From contig JASLZZ010000041.1 of the NCBI GenBank assembly GCA_030754595.1, forward strand, positions 1-62,347: 62,347 nucleotides of DNA, written 5' to 3'. Within the stretch, counting starts at the first letter, position 1, and every line of letters starts with the position of its first letter. The notes beneath the pieces were generated by a model, which saw only the letters and a list, made by a program, of their open reading frames with translations, was not told the origin of the DNA and made no database searches. Both the position numbers and the translations under genes were made by a program. This document shows positions 26,953 to 35,393 of the stretch, in pieces. This DNA is from Nitrospinota bacterium. GTDB lineage: Bacteria; UBA8248.

Positions 26953-28458
26953 TTAGGCCAGCCTTTGCTTGAGCCGCCGGCGTATCCAGGGACCGATAAA
27001 CATGTAAAGGCTCCAGATGATCGCCGCCGAGAGGAACACCGAGGCGACTGGCCGCTGAACGAACAGGTAGTGAAACAACGTCCCGTCCGCGTAAAGTATG
27101 GTCTGGCTCAGCCGGTATTCGATCGGCTCGGCGAGCACGAAGGCGATGATCAACGGCGCTAAATCAAACTGGAATTTTTTCAGTATATACGAGCAGGCGC
27201 CGATGATCACCATAATAATTACGTCCGAATCCGCCCCCGTGGAGAGGGCCCCGACGAACGCGAGGGACAAAATGACAGGAATAAGATAGGCCTTTTTGAA
27301 CTGAATCGCCCGCGCGAAGGGCTTGAGAAGAATATAGCCCAGGAAAACGAACAGGATGTTGGCCAAAACGATGGTGATCAGCAGGGCGTACATGAGGGGG
27401 CCCTGCTCCTGGAATATCTGAGGGCCGGGGCGCATCCCGTGGGCCACGAAGGCGCCAAGGAGAATGGCCGTTACGTTGTCGCCCGGAATTCCCAGAGTCA
27501 GTAGCGGGACCAGCGTGGGGCCGTTGACGGCGTTGTTGGCCGCCTCGGGCCCGGCGATGCCGTCGAGCTCGCCCTTGCCGAATGTTTCGGGGTGATCCGA
27601 GGCGCGCTTCGCCGCGCTGTAGCCGATAAAGGCGGCGACGACCTGGCCCACGCCGGGAACCATGCCGATGCTGGTTCCGATGACCGTCGAGCGGAGGATG
27701 GTGCGGATCGATTTCTTGAACTCGCTCCACCTGAGACGCTCGCCGGTTTTGGAGAGATCGATGTGCTCGGAGATGAAGCCAACGGCTCGGGATTCGACGG
27801 CTCCTAAAACCTCGGGGATGGCGAAAACGCCGATGGCGAGCGGGATGAGCGGGATGCCCCCGCTCAGGGCTTCGATGTCGAATGTCATCCGCGTCGCGCC
27901 GGTCGTGGCGTCGGTGCCGATGAAGCCCAGGCCCATGCCGAGGAAGGCGGCGATGGCGCCCTTGAGGCCCGACTCGCTCGATACGCTCGCGATCAGAACA
28001 AGGGAGAAGATGATGACGGCGAATACCTCGGGCGGGCCGACCAGCAGAACGACGATGGCGATGGGGCCGATCGCGACCAGGGTGAATATGTCCGAGAGGG
28101 TATCCCCGATGGTGGAGGAATAGAGCGCCATTTCGAGGGCTTTCCGCCCCTTTCCTTTTCGGGTGAGGGCCGGACCATCGAAGGTGGTGGCGATTGAGGC
28201 GCCTGTTCCGGGGATGCCAACCAGGATGGCCGAGATGCTGCCGCCGTAGATTCCGCCCTTGTAGACGCCCACGAGAAAGGGGATGCCCAGCATGGGCTCG
28301 AGCTTGAATGAAACCGGGAGCAAGACCGACATGGCCAGTATCGTCGTCAGGCCCGGCATCGCACCGACGAACATTCCCACGACGAGGCCGGCGGAGATAT
28401 AAAGATAAGTGTCCCATCTGAGGAGAAGGGTGAATCCCTGGAAAAACGCGTCGAGCAT
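26953..28458 (-). CDS. tctA: TTT large membrane subunit
   Basis: GAMPGL, YGGSISAILVGIPGT, GIAGPEAANN, LTLGIPGD. Confidence 0.93.
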   Translation of the reverse strand: MLDAFFQGFTLLLRWDTYLYISAGLVVGMFVGAMPGLTTILAMSVLLPVSFKLEPMLGIPFLVGVYKGGIYGGSISAILVGIPGTGASIATTFDGPALTRKGKGRKALEMALYSSTIGDTLSDIFTLVAIGPIAIVVLLVGPPEVFAVIIFSLVLIASVSSESGLKGAIAAFLGMGLGFIGTDATTGATRMTFDIEALSGGIPLIPLAIGVFAIPEVLGAVESRAVGFISEHIDLSKTGERLRWSEFKKSIRTILRSTVIGTSIGMVPGVGQVVAAFIGYSAAKRASDHPETFGKGELDGIAGPEAANNAVNGPTLVPLLTLGIPGDNVTAILLGAFVAHGMRPGPQIFQEQGPLMYALLITIVLANILFVFLGYILLKPFARAIQFKKAYLIPVILSLAFVGALSTGADSDVIIMVIIGACSYILKKFQFDLAPLIIAFVLAEPIEYRLSQTILYADGTLFHYLFVQRPVASVFLSAAIIWSLYMFIGPWIRRRLKQRLA

Positions 28459-28467
28459 GTAAACTCC

Positions 28468-29046
28468 TCAGCCGCCTAGAAAAGTGCCGGTCAAAAACTT
28501 CATTATCTCGTCTTCGATACCGGCGATGAATTCGAACTCGCCTCGGGGAAGGGAGATGAGAAGCAGCCGCTCGAATATGAAACGGATGACGATGGGGACG
28601 AGAATCGACACGGAAACGATGGTCCACCACTTCCGGAGACCGAGGAAGACGGCGATCACGGCCGTCATAACGAGGGTTGCCAGGCCGTAGCCCAGCTCGG
28701 TGACGGAATAGGCGTAGACGGCAGCGATAGCCATCATCAGCGCGGCACGCGAGAATCGATCCGCGTCGTCGGTCGCGCTGCCGCCAGAGATTTCCCGGAG
28801 TTGGTGAACGGACTGGACGAGGTACCTCAGGCACAAAAGGGTAAGGAGAGCGAAGGCGAGGCGCGGAAAGAAAATCGGCGAGAGGGTGGTGACATCCTGT
28901 GCCGCCGGGATGCCGCCCAAGGCGATCAGGTTCGGCATGAAGATGGACAGCGACGCGGCGATTAAGGACAGTGCCGCGGCGAGAACCATTTCGAGCCGGA
29001 CCATCGCCGGGCTGATCTGATTCACTTTCTGGCTTTCTCCGGCCAT
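28468..29046 (-). CDS. tctB: TTT small membrane subunit
   Basis: About 4 TM helices, PIFFP, LLISLPRG; adjacent to tctA. Confidence 0.85.
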   Translation of the reverse strand: MAGESQKVNQISPAMVRLEMVLAAALSLIAASLSIFMPNLIALGGIPAAQDVTTLSPIFFPRLAFALLTLLCLRYLVQSVHQLREISGGSATDDADRFSRAALMMAIAAVYAYSVTELGYGLATLVMTAVIAVFLGLRKWWTIVSVSILVPIVIRFIFERLLLISLPRGEFEFIAGIEDEIMKFLTGTFLGG

Positions 29047-29264
29047 GGGCGCTCCAATCGGGCCAATCGGTTCAAAATTAAACGGATTGAGGGTATTATC
29101 CCTTAATTACCCAGTACCGGCAATGAAAATCCGAATGGCTCGGAAAGCCACCGATACCGCTATCCCGGCAGGCGCCGGAGCGGGCGGTTTGACCCGGCGG
29201 ACGAGCTGGGTTTTTCATCACCCGGCGATAAGCCAGTGAACACCACACCAGAGGAAGACCAGCC

Positions 29265-29666
29265 ATGAACACCGAAAAATCAATGAAAATCATCAATTCC
29301 GTCGAGGTGAACAAGGACCTGGAATACGAGCCCCCCTACACCATCCTCTGGGGGGTGAACGACGAGACCACCGGAACGACGGTGATGACGATGGCGCGGA
29401 CGATCATCCCTCCCGGCGGGAAGAACAAGATGCACTACCACGCCTGCGACGCGACCTTTTACGTCGCCAGGGGGCCCATTTACGTTTATTCGGGCGACCC
29501 CGAGAACCCCGACCGCCAGTTGGTGGAGGCGGGGAACTTCTGCTACGCCCCGGCCGGGGTGGTGCACGGGCAGGAGAACCCCAGCAAGACCGAGGTGGCC
29601 GAGCTTATCGCCACCTACGGCAACTGCTCCCACCGCGATAAGGCGGGCACGGTGTTCGTCCAATAG
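29265..29666 (+). CDS. Cupin domain protein
   Basis: YEPP, IPPGGKNKMHYHAC, PAGVVHGQEN, AGTVFV shared with the 21973/22427 paralogs. Confidence 0.87.
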   Translation: MNTEKSMKIINSVEVNKDLEYEPPYTILWGVNDETTGTTVMTMARTIIPPGGKNKMHYHACDATFYVARGPIYVYSGDPENPDRQLVEAGNFCYAPAGVVHGQENPSKTEVAELIATYGNCSHRDKAGTVFVQ

Positions 29667-29726
29667 GGCTCGGCCGGAGCGTTGATTTCGGCAGATTATA
29701 TTTCTCGCTTATTTTCGAGGTGACTC

Positions 29727-30467
29727 ATGGATCGGGGAATCATCGCCTTCTGGTATGACCTTCCCGCCGAGGGAGAGGGGGAGTACCTCGGGTGGCTTCA
29801 CGAGACGCATCTGCCCGAGATCCTTTCGGGCCGGGAGGATTTTCTCTGGGCGGCGCACTACCGAAACGAGGGCGGAGGGGATCGCTTTCGCGAAGTGACC
29901 AAGGACATGATGCGCTCGGGCGAGGGGGAGGTCGAGGACGGACGGGATTATCTTCTCCTCATCGGCGCCGAATCGCCGCACAGTTTTTTCAATCCGACCA
30001 TTCCCCAGATCAGGGAGCGGCACAGCGGGGAAACACTTGAAATGGTCGGCCGGCGGAGCGGGCTGAACATTTGTATTTTTTCGGAGGAGGCGCGGGTGGA
30101 CGGCCCCGACGCGGCGGCCCGCCCGGCCGGATCGGCCCCGGGCCCCTATATCCAGATGGGCAACTTCAACGTCGCCAAGCCGGAGGACGACCATATCCTC
30201 GGCGGGTGGTACGCCCAGCACCGGCTTCCGTTCGTGGCGAAGATGCCCGGCGGCATCGGCGCCCGCAAGCTGACCGCCGCGGCCGGGTGGGGGAAGCACT
30301 CGATACTCTACGAGTTCACTTCCCCGGCCGCGCGCGACGAGCATTTTATCCCTCACGAAGAGGAAGGCTTCGATGAGGGCTCATGGACCGCGCGGGTCCA
30401 TGAGTTCGTCATACATGCGCCGTGCTCCCCTTTCGTCGGGCCCCGTCTCTGGCCAGCGGCCGGATAA
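29727..30467 (+). CDS. Hypothetical two-repeat alpha+beta barrel-like protein, paralog 1
   Basis: MDRGIIAFWYDL..YLGWLHETHLP..WAAHY..QMGNFN..WYAQHRLP..GWGKHSILYEF..HAPCSP. Confidence 0.82.
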   Translation: MDRGIIAFWYDLPAEGEGEYLGWLHETHLPEILSGREDFLWAAHYRNEGGGDRFREVTKDMMRSGEGEVEDGRDYLLLIGAESPHSFFNPTIPQIRERHSGETLEMVGRRSGLNICIFSEEARVDGPDAAARPAGSAPGPYIQMGNFNVAKPEDDHILGGWYAQHRLPFVAKMPGGIGARKLTAAAGWGKHSILYEFTSPAARDEHFIPHEEEGFDEGSWTARVHEFVIHAPCSPFVGPRLWPAAG

Positions 30468-30569
30468 ACGGAAAGGGAGGGGCGGAGGCCGTGACGGTTG
30501 ATCGGCGACTCTGGGCTGGTGCGTAGGAAATTTTTCTAGCGGTTTTTTTTCAAGGTAGAGGAGAAATTC

Positions 30570-31298
30570 ATGGATCGTTCTATCTGGGCCACCTGGTACA
30601 ATTTGCCCGAGGAGGGGCGGGAGGAGTATCTCGCCTGGTTTCACGAGGTCCATCTTCCCGAGGCCCGCCAGCGGTCCGGTTACCTTTGGGCGGCGCACTA
30701 TGCCTCCGAGGAGAAAGTCGTCAACAACGTCGAGGGGCGTCTGTCCCATACGCCGGAGGCGGGGGTCCCCTCCGGCGACCAGTTTATTCTTCTGTTCGGC
30801 GCCGAAACGACGGCGCCTTTCTTCAGCCCGACCCCGGCCGAGTTGGCCGAGGGCTATTCGGCCGAGACCCGGGACATGCTCTCCCGGAGAATCGGCGAGC
30901 GCTCCTGCATCTTCATCGAGGAGGCGCGGGTGGACGGTCCCGAGATGAGCCGGCGGAGCGCGGACATGACGCCCGGCCCATGCATGCAGATGGGCAGCTT
31001 CAACTCCGGCAGACTCGAGGATGAGGACGAGCTGGGCGCCTGGTACGCGCAGTGGCGTCTTCCCTGCATGGAGACCCTGCCGGGGTGCATCGGTTGCCGG
31101 AAACTGGTCTCCGCCTCCGGTTGGGCCAAGCATTCCGTCCTCTACGAATTTGTCTCGCTCGAGGCGCGTGATGCCGAATTCCCGAAACACGAAAATCACG
31201 ACCCTGAAAAAGGGGCATGGACGGACGTCGTTGTCCGCAAACTCGTCCACGCTCCGGGCTCGCCCAACGTGGGTTTGCGGCTTTATCCTCCCGTATAG
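30570..31298 (+). CDS. Hypothetical protein, paralog 2
   Basis: Colinear with 29727-30467 (WAAHY, EEARVDGP, QMGSFN, GWAKHSVLYEF, HAPGSP). Confidence 0.82.
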   Translation: MDRSIWATWYNLPEEGREEYLAWFHEVHLPEARQRSGYLWAAHYASEEKVVNNVEGRLSHTPEAGVPSGDQFILLFGAETTAPFFSPTPAELAEGYSAETRDMLSRRIGERSCIFIEEARVDGPEMSRRSADMTPGPCMQMGSFNSGRLEDEDELGAWYAQWRLPCMETLPGCIGCRKLVSASGWAKHSVLYEFVSLEARDAEFPKHENHDPEKGAWTDVVVRKLVHAPGSPNVGLRLYPPV

Positions 31299-31697
31299 GC
31301 GCCCGGGGTTTTCCCGCCGGGGGGCTTTTCCAACTGGGGGTTTTCCTGGAGACTCGGGAAATTGCCGATCAGGGGGTTTTTCGGTTCGATGAGGGTAAAT
31401 TCATAGCTAATCAGCGAAAAACCGAGGTTGTTGAGGTGAAAACGCGCCGCAGCCGCCTCGCTCCCGAGTGCTTTTTGTATTTGGCATCGAGAGCATTTCG
31501 CGTACAATGCGCCGGGTGGCGGGCCCCGGCGAGTTTGGCTCCAGGATCGAAACTGTGGTGGCCGCGCTTTAATAGACACAAGGGATTTTCGATTTTTTTT
31601 GTTCAGGGAAGTTCGCCCTGCCCATCCCCTGTGGGAATGCCCCTTTCCGGCTTTTTCCGGTGGGTTTTCTTTCCGGACAATGTGAGTGCCTTAAAAT

Positions 31698-33191
31698 ATG
31701 GAAGTTTTTACGGCTGAGTCCACACATCAGAAACTCGGACAGCCCGAAAACGGGAACGGCGGTCCCGGTAAAGCCTACCCCGTCATCATTCAAGGTGGCA
31801 TGGGGGCCGGAGTATCCAACTGGCGGCTGGCCAACGCGGTCGCCCGGACCGGTCAGATGGGTGTGGTGTCCGGAACCGCGCTCGATCTCATCTTGGCCCG
31901 GCGGCTTCAGGATGGCGATCCAGGCGGCAACATGCGCCGGGCGCTTGACCACTTTCCCGTCCCCGAAATCGCCGAGCGTATTGTCTCTTGGTACTACATT
32001 CCTGGCGGCAAGGGCCCGGACGAGCCCTACAAGCCGATCCCCAAATACAGCATTACACCGGGCAAGCGTCTTCAGGAATTGACGGTCGCCGCGAACTTCG
32101 CCGAAGTGTGGCTGGCGAAGGAGGGGCACCGTGGACCGGTCGGGGTCAATCTCCTCGAAAAAATCCAGCTGCCCAATATCCTCTCTCTTTACGGGGCGAT
32201 GTTGGCCGGGGTGGATTTCGTCCTGATGGGGGCGGGAATTCCGAGAGAAATTCCCGGTGTGCTCGATCAGTTGGCCCGCCACGAGGAAACCTCTCTCCGC
32301 ATTCATGTGGCGGACGCGCCAAGCGATAAAAGTTTCAGGACATACTTCGATCCCCGCAAACTGATCTCCCGGGACTTACCTCCCCTCAAGCGCCCCGAGT
32401 TCCTGGCGATTGTCGCCTCGGTCACCCTGGCGCTGGCTTTGATGAAAAAATCCGCCGGGAAGGTGAACGGGTTTATCATCGAGGGACCCACGGCGGGTGG
32501 GCACAATGCGCCGCCTCGCGGGCCGCTCCAGCTGGACGGCAAAGGCGAGCCCCTTTACGGTCCCAAGGATGTGGTCGATCTGTCGCGCATCAAGGACCTG
32601 GGGCTTCCGTTCTGGGTGGCGGGCTCGTGCGCCGACCCGGAGTCGCTGAAAAAAATGAGAGAGTCGGGGGCCATCGGCGTTCAGGCGGGAACTCTGTTCG
32701 CCTACTGTGAGGAGTCCGGCTTCGCGAAGGACCTCAAGCGAGCGGTGTGCCGAAAGGCTGTCCGGGGAGAGGCCGATGTATTCACCGACCCCGTCGCCTC
32801 CCCCACCAGCTTCCCGTTCAAAGTCGTTCGGCTCGAAGGAACAAACTCGGAGAAGGGAACCTACGAATCCCGCCCCAGAAAATGCGATCTGGGCTATCTA
32901 CACGAGACCTACCTGAGAGAGGACGGGAAGCTTTGCTATCGCTGCCCGTCCGAGCCGGTGGAGGATTATGTGAAGAAGGGCGGGAAACGGGAGAATACCG
33001 AAGGCCGCAAGTGCCTATGCAACGGACTGTTCACCAACATCGGCCTTCCTCAGGTGAGGGAGTCGGGCTACCGCGAGTTGCCCCTGGTGACATCCGGCAA
33101 CGATGTCAACAAAATCGCGCGGTTTTTGAGGAGCGGAAAATCCTCCTATTCGGCGCGGGAGGTAATCGACTATCTGCTGGGGGAGGTTTAG
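31698..33191 (+). CDS. Nitronate monooxygenase/FabK-like FMN dioxygenase family protein
   Basis: VIIQGGMGAGVS, EGPTAGGHN, GVQAGTLF, Cys-containing C-terminal region. Confidence 0.88.
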   Translation: MEVFTAESTHQKLGQPENGNGGPGKAYPVIIQGGMGAGVSNWRLANAVARTGQMGVVSGTALDLILARRLQDGDPGGNMRRALDHFPVPEIAERIVSWYYIPGGKGPDEPYKPIPKYSITPGKRLQELTVAANFAEVWLAKEGHRGPVGVNLLEKIQLPNILSLYGAMLAGVDFVLMGAGIPREIPGVLDQLARHEETSLRIHVADAPSDKSFRTYFDPRKLISRDLPPLKRPEFLAIVASVTLALALMKKSAGKVNGFIIEGPTAGGHNAPPRGPLQLDGKGEPLYGPKDVVDLSRIKDLGLPFWVAGSCADPESLKKMRESGAIGVQAGTLFAYCEESGFAKDLKRAVCRKAVRGEADVFTDPVASPTSFPFKVVRLEGTNSEKGTYESRPRKCDLGYLHETYLREDGKLCYRCPSEPVEDYVKKGGKRENTEGRKCLCNGLFTNIGLPQVRESGYRELPLVTSGNDVNKIARFLRSGKSSYSAREVIDYLLGEV

Positions 33192-33230
33192 CGCTCCGGC
33201 GGGCGGCGGTGTTCAGGGGTGAAAATGAAA

Positions 33231-33902
33231 TCAATCGAGCGGCGGGTCTTCGGGCTCGCCGTTTTCGTTTGCCTTACGCGCGCCGAGGAGGACTTCGACG
33301 TCCCGCCACCGCGGGACGATTAAAAGCGCCGCCAGCACGATGGCGAGCGACACCATCGCCAACTCGACACGCTCGACCATTATGGCGACTCCGGGGAGCA
33401 ACACGATGGTCAGTACCTCGGCGTGCGCCCTTCGCCCGGTGACGGCCGAGAGCAGGGCGAGGAGGGTGGCCGTTATCAGGAATGTCCAGGGCGAGGCCGC
33501 GATCAGGACCCCGGCGGAGGTGGCCGTTCCCCTCCCTCCGGCGAAGTCGTGGAACAGCGGCCAGATTTGACCCGCCACCACGGCGCCGCCTGCTAGGAGG
33601 GCCGCCCAGGTCGAGTCGGTGAAAAGCATGGCGGCCCCCACGGCGATGTATCCCTTGATGATATCCGCCGCGAAAACCGTCACTCCGACGGGTTTTCCGA
33701 GTACGGCCGCCGCGTTGAGGAAGTCGAGCGTTTCGAGTCCTTCGAAGCGAAGGTCGAGCCCCCGGGAGCGGCCCGCGAACCATGCGGGAGAGATCGAGCC
33801 GAGCACGTAGGCGAGAGCTCCGATCAGTGTAGCGGTGAAGAATAGAATCACAACGATAACCTCTGGATTAACTGGACGCCGGCGACATGTTCCCGCCGGC
33901 AA
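33231..33902 (-). CDS. PlsY-like membrane protein with degenerate catalytic motifs (start uncertain)
   Basis: YVLGSIS, DIIKG, GQIWPLF..FAGGRGTAT; GSGNxGATN and HxxN motifs are lost. Confidence 0.7.
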   Translation of the reverse strand: MPAGTCRRRPVNPEVIVVILFFTATLIGALAYVLGSISPAWFAGRSRGLDLRFEGLETLDFLNAAAVLGKPVGVTVFAADIIKGYIAVGAAMLFTDSTWAALLAGGAVVAGQIWPLFHDFAGGRGTATSAGVLIAASPWTFLITATLLALLSAVTGRRAHAEVLTIVLLPGVAIMVERVELAMVSLAIVLAALLIVPRWRDVEVLLGARKANENGEPEDPPLD

Positions 33903-33980
33903 CCGGCGGCCCGCTGGCGCCAGACGCCCGATGGTTGAAATGGCTTCCGCCGATTTGATCGCATACCTGGAGGGGAAAAT

Positions 33981-35363
33981 CTAGGCGCCCGGCGCCCCCC
34001 GGTAGGCCTGCCTCCGCCATCCGAATACGAACCACGTGAAAAGCGCCAGCCCGGCGACGATTTGGCTTCCCGAGACCGCCCACCAGATTCCCATCGCTCC
34101 TTGGCCGAGCGCCACGCCCGCCGCGTAGGCCAGGGGGAGCATGAATCCCCACCGGATGACACCCTCGACGATCATGGGCGGCTTGGTCTGTGAGGCGCCC
34201 TCGAATATTCCCGCCAGGACCCGACGGGTTCCCTCGAAGACGGTTCCCACGCACAGGATTCGAAGGCAGATGACGCCTGTGGGGGCCGCTTCCCCCGACA
34301 TTCCGAAAAAATGGATAACCTTTCCCGCCCAGATGAAGAGCATGCTCGTGGTGGCCGTTAGGATGAGAAAAACCGTCCCAAGGGTGACCCAGGCGGCCAT
34401 ACGGGCGCGGTCCGGCCGGTTACTGCCGATGTTTTGGCCCACCATGGTTCGCACGGCGCCTTGAAGCGCGAAGCCCGGCATCCGGCTCATGTGGCTTACC
34501 CGGACGCCCACCCCCCAAGCCGCCAGGGCGATGCCGCCGAAAGGCGACAGAATTCCAATCAGGACGAGGTTCGCCCCCCGCTCCAGGAGGTTTTGCCCCC
34601 CGACGGGCCAGCCGAGCCGCAATATCCTGAAAAGGTGCGCGGGCCGGGGAAGAAAGTGGCCGGGCCGCAGATGGATGCGGCATTTTCCCGAAAAAAGAAA
34701 GGCCATCATGACCGAATAGCCGATAAGCCTTCCCGCGCCGAGCCCCAGGGGGGTGCCCGCGATTCCGAGCGCGGGGATGGGCCCCCCTCCGAACGCGAGC
34801 AGGGGGATCGCCATGAACGCCACGATTGAGTTGACCGTCATGCCCGCTAGCGAGAAGCCCGGCTCTCCCGCGCCGCGAAATATGGAGGCGAGGGTGAAAA
34901 TTCCGTCGATGAAAATAACCGCGGCGAAGGAGGCCCGTAAATAACTTGTTCCGAGGCGGACGATCTCCGGGTCCCCCGATATCAAGGACATAATCAGCGG
35001 CGCTCCGGCGAGGCCGCCGACGACGATGGGCGTGAAGAGGATGTACTGGAGAACGATGGTCTGGCCCGCCATCAGCGAAGCGCCATCGAGGTCGCCCGCG
35101 CCGACTCTCTGGGCCACCAGGGCCTGGCCCGAGGTGCGGATCCCCATCCCCACCGAGCGGATGGCGGAGATCACCATGAAGCCGAGCGACATGGCGGCGA
35201 GCGCGGTCGCGCCGAGGCGCCCCACCCAAAAAAGCTCGAGAATGGAATCGATATTCCAGAGGATCAGCTCGAAAATCACCGGAATCGAGAGGCGAACCAA
35301 CCCCCGGCGGATGGGCCCCTGCGTGTAATCGTAGCGGACCCTTCCGGCCCTTTCCGCGCTCAT
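33981..35363 (-). CDS. MATE family efflux transporter
   Basis: DYTQGPI, WVGRLGATALAA, VAQRVGAG, FRGAG, MVGQNIGS. Confidence 0.92.
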   Translation of the reverse strand: MSAERAGRVRYDYTQGPIRRGLVRLSIPVIFELILWNIDSILELFWVGRLGATALAAMSLGFMVISAIRSVGMGIRTSGQALVAQRVGAGDLDGASLMAGQTIVLQYILFTPIVVGGLAGAPLIMSLISGDPEIVRLGTSYLRASFAAVIFIDGIFTLASIFRGAGEPGFSLAGMTVNSIVAFMAIPLLAFGGGPIPALGIAGTPLGLGAGRLIGYSVMMAFLFSGKCRIHLRPGHFLPRPAHLFRILRLGWPVGGQNLLERGANLVLIGILSPFGGIALAAWGVGVRVSHMSRMPGFALQGAVRTMVGQNIGSNRPDRARMAAWVTLGTVFLILTATTSMLFIWAGKVIHFFGMSGEAAPTGVICLRILCVGTVFEGTRRVLAGIFEGASQTKPPMIVEGVIRWGFMLPLAYAAGVALGQGAMGIWWAVSGSQIVAGLALFTWFVFGWRRQAYRGAPGA

Positions 35364-35393
35364 GCCGCGCCCCGCCGGCGGAAGGGAGGGGGC

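Noticed and set aside
27164..28834. 556-aa Arg-rich minus-strand ORF
   Set aside because: Alternate frame over tctA/tctB
31299..31697. 400-bp intergenic region as a possible riboswitch or ncRNA
   Set aside because: No recognisable aptamer; only a plausible sigma-70 promoter (TTGGCA..TACAAT near 31481-31508)
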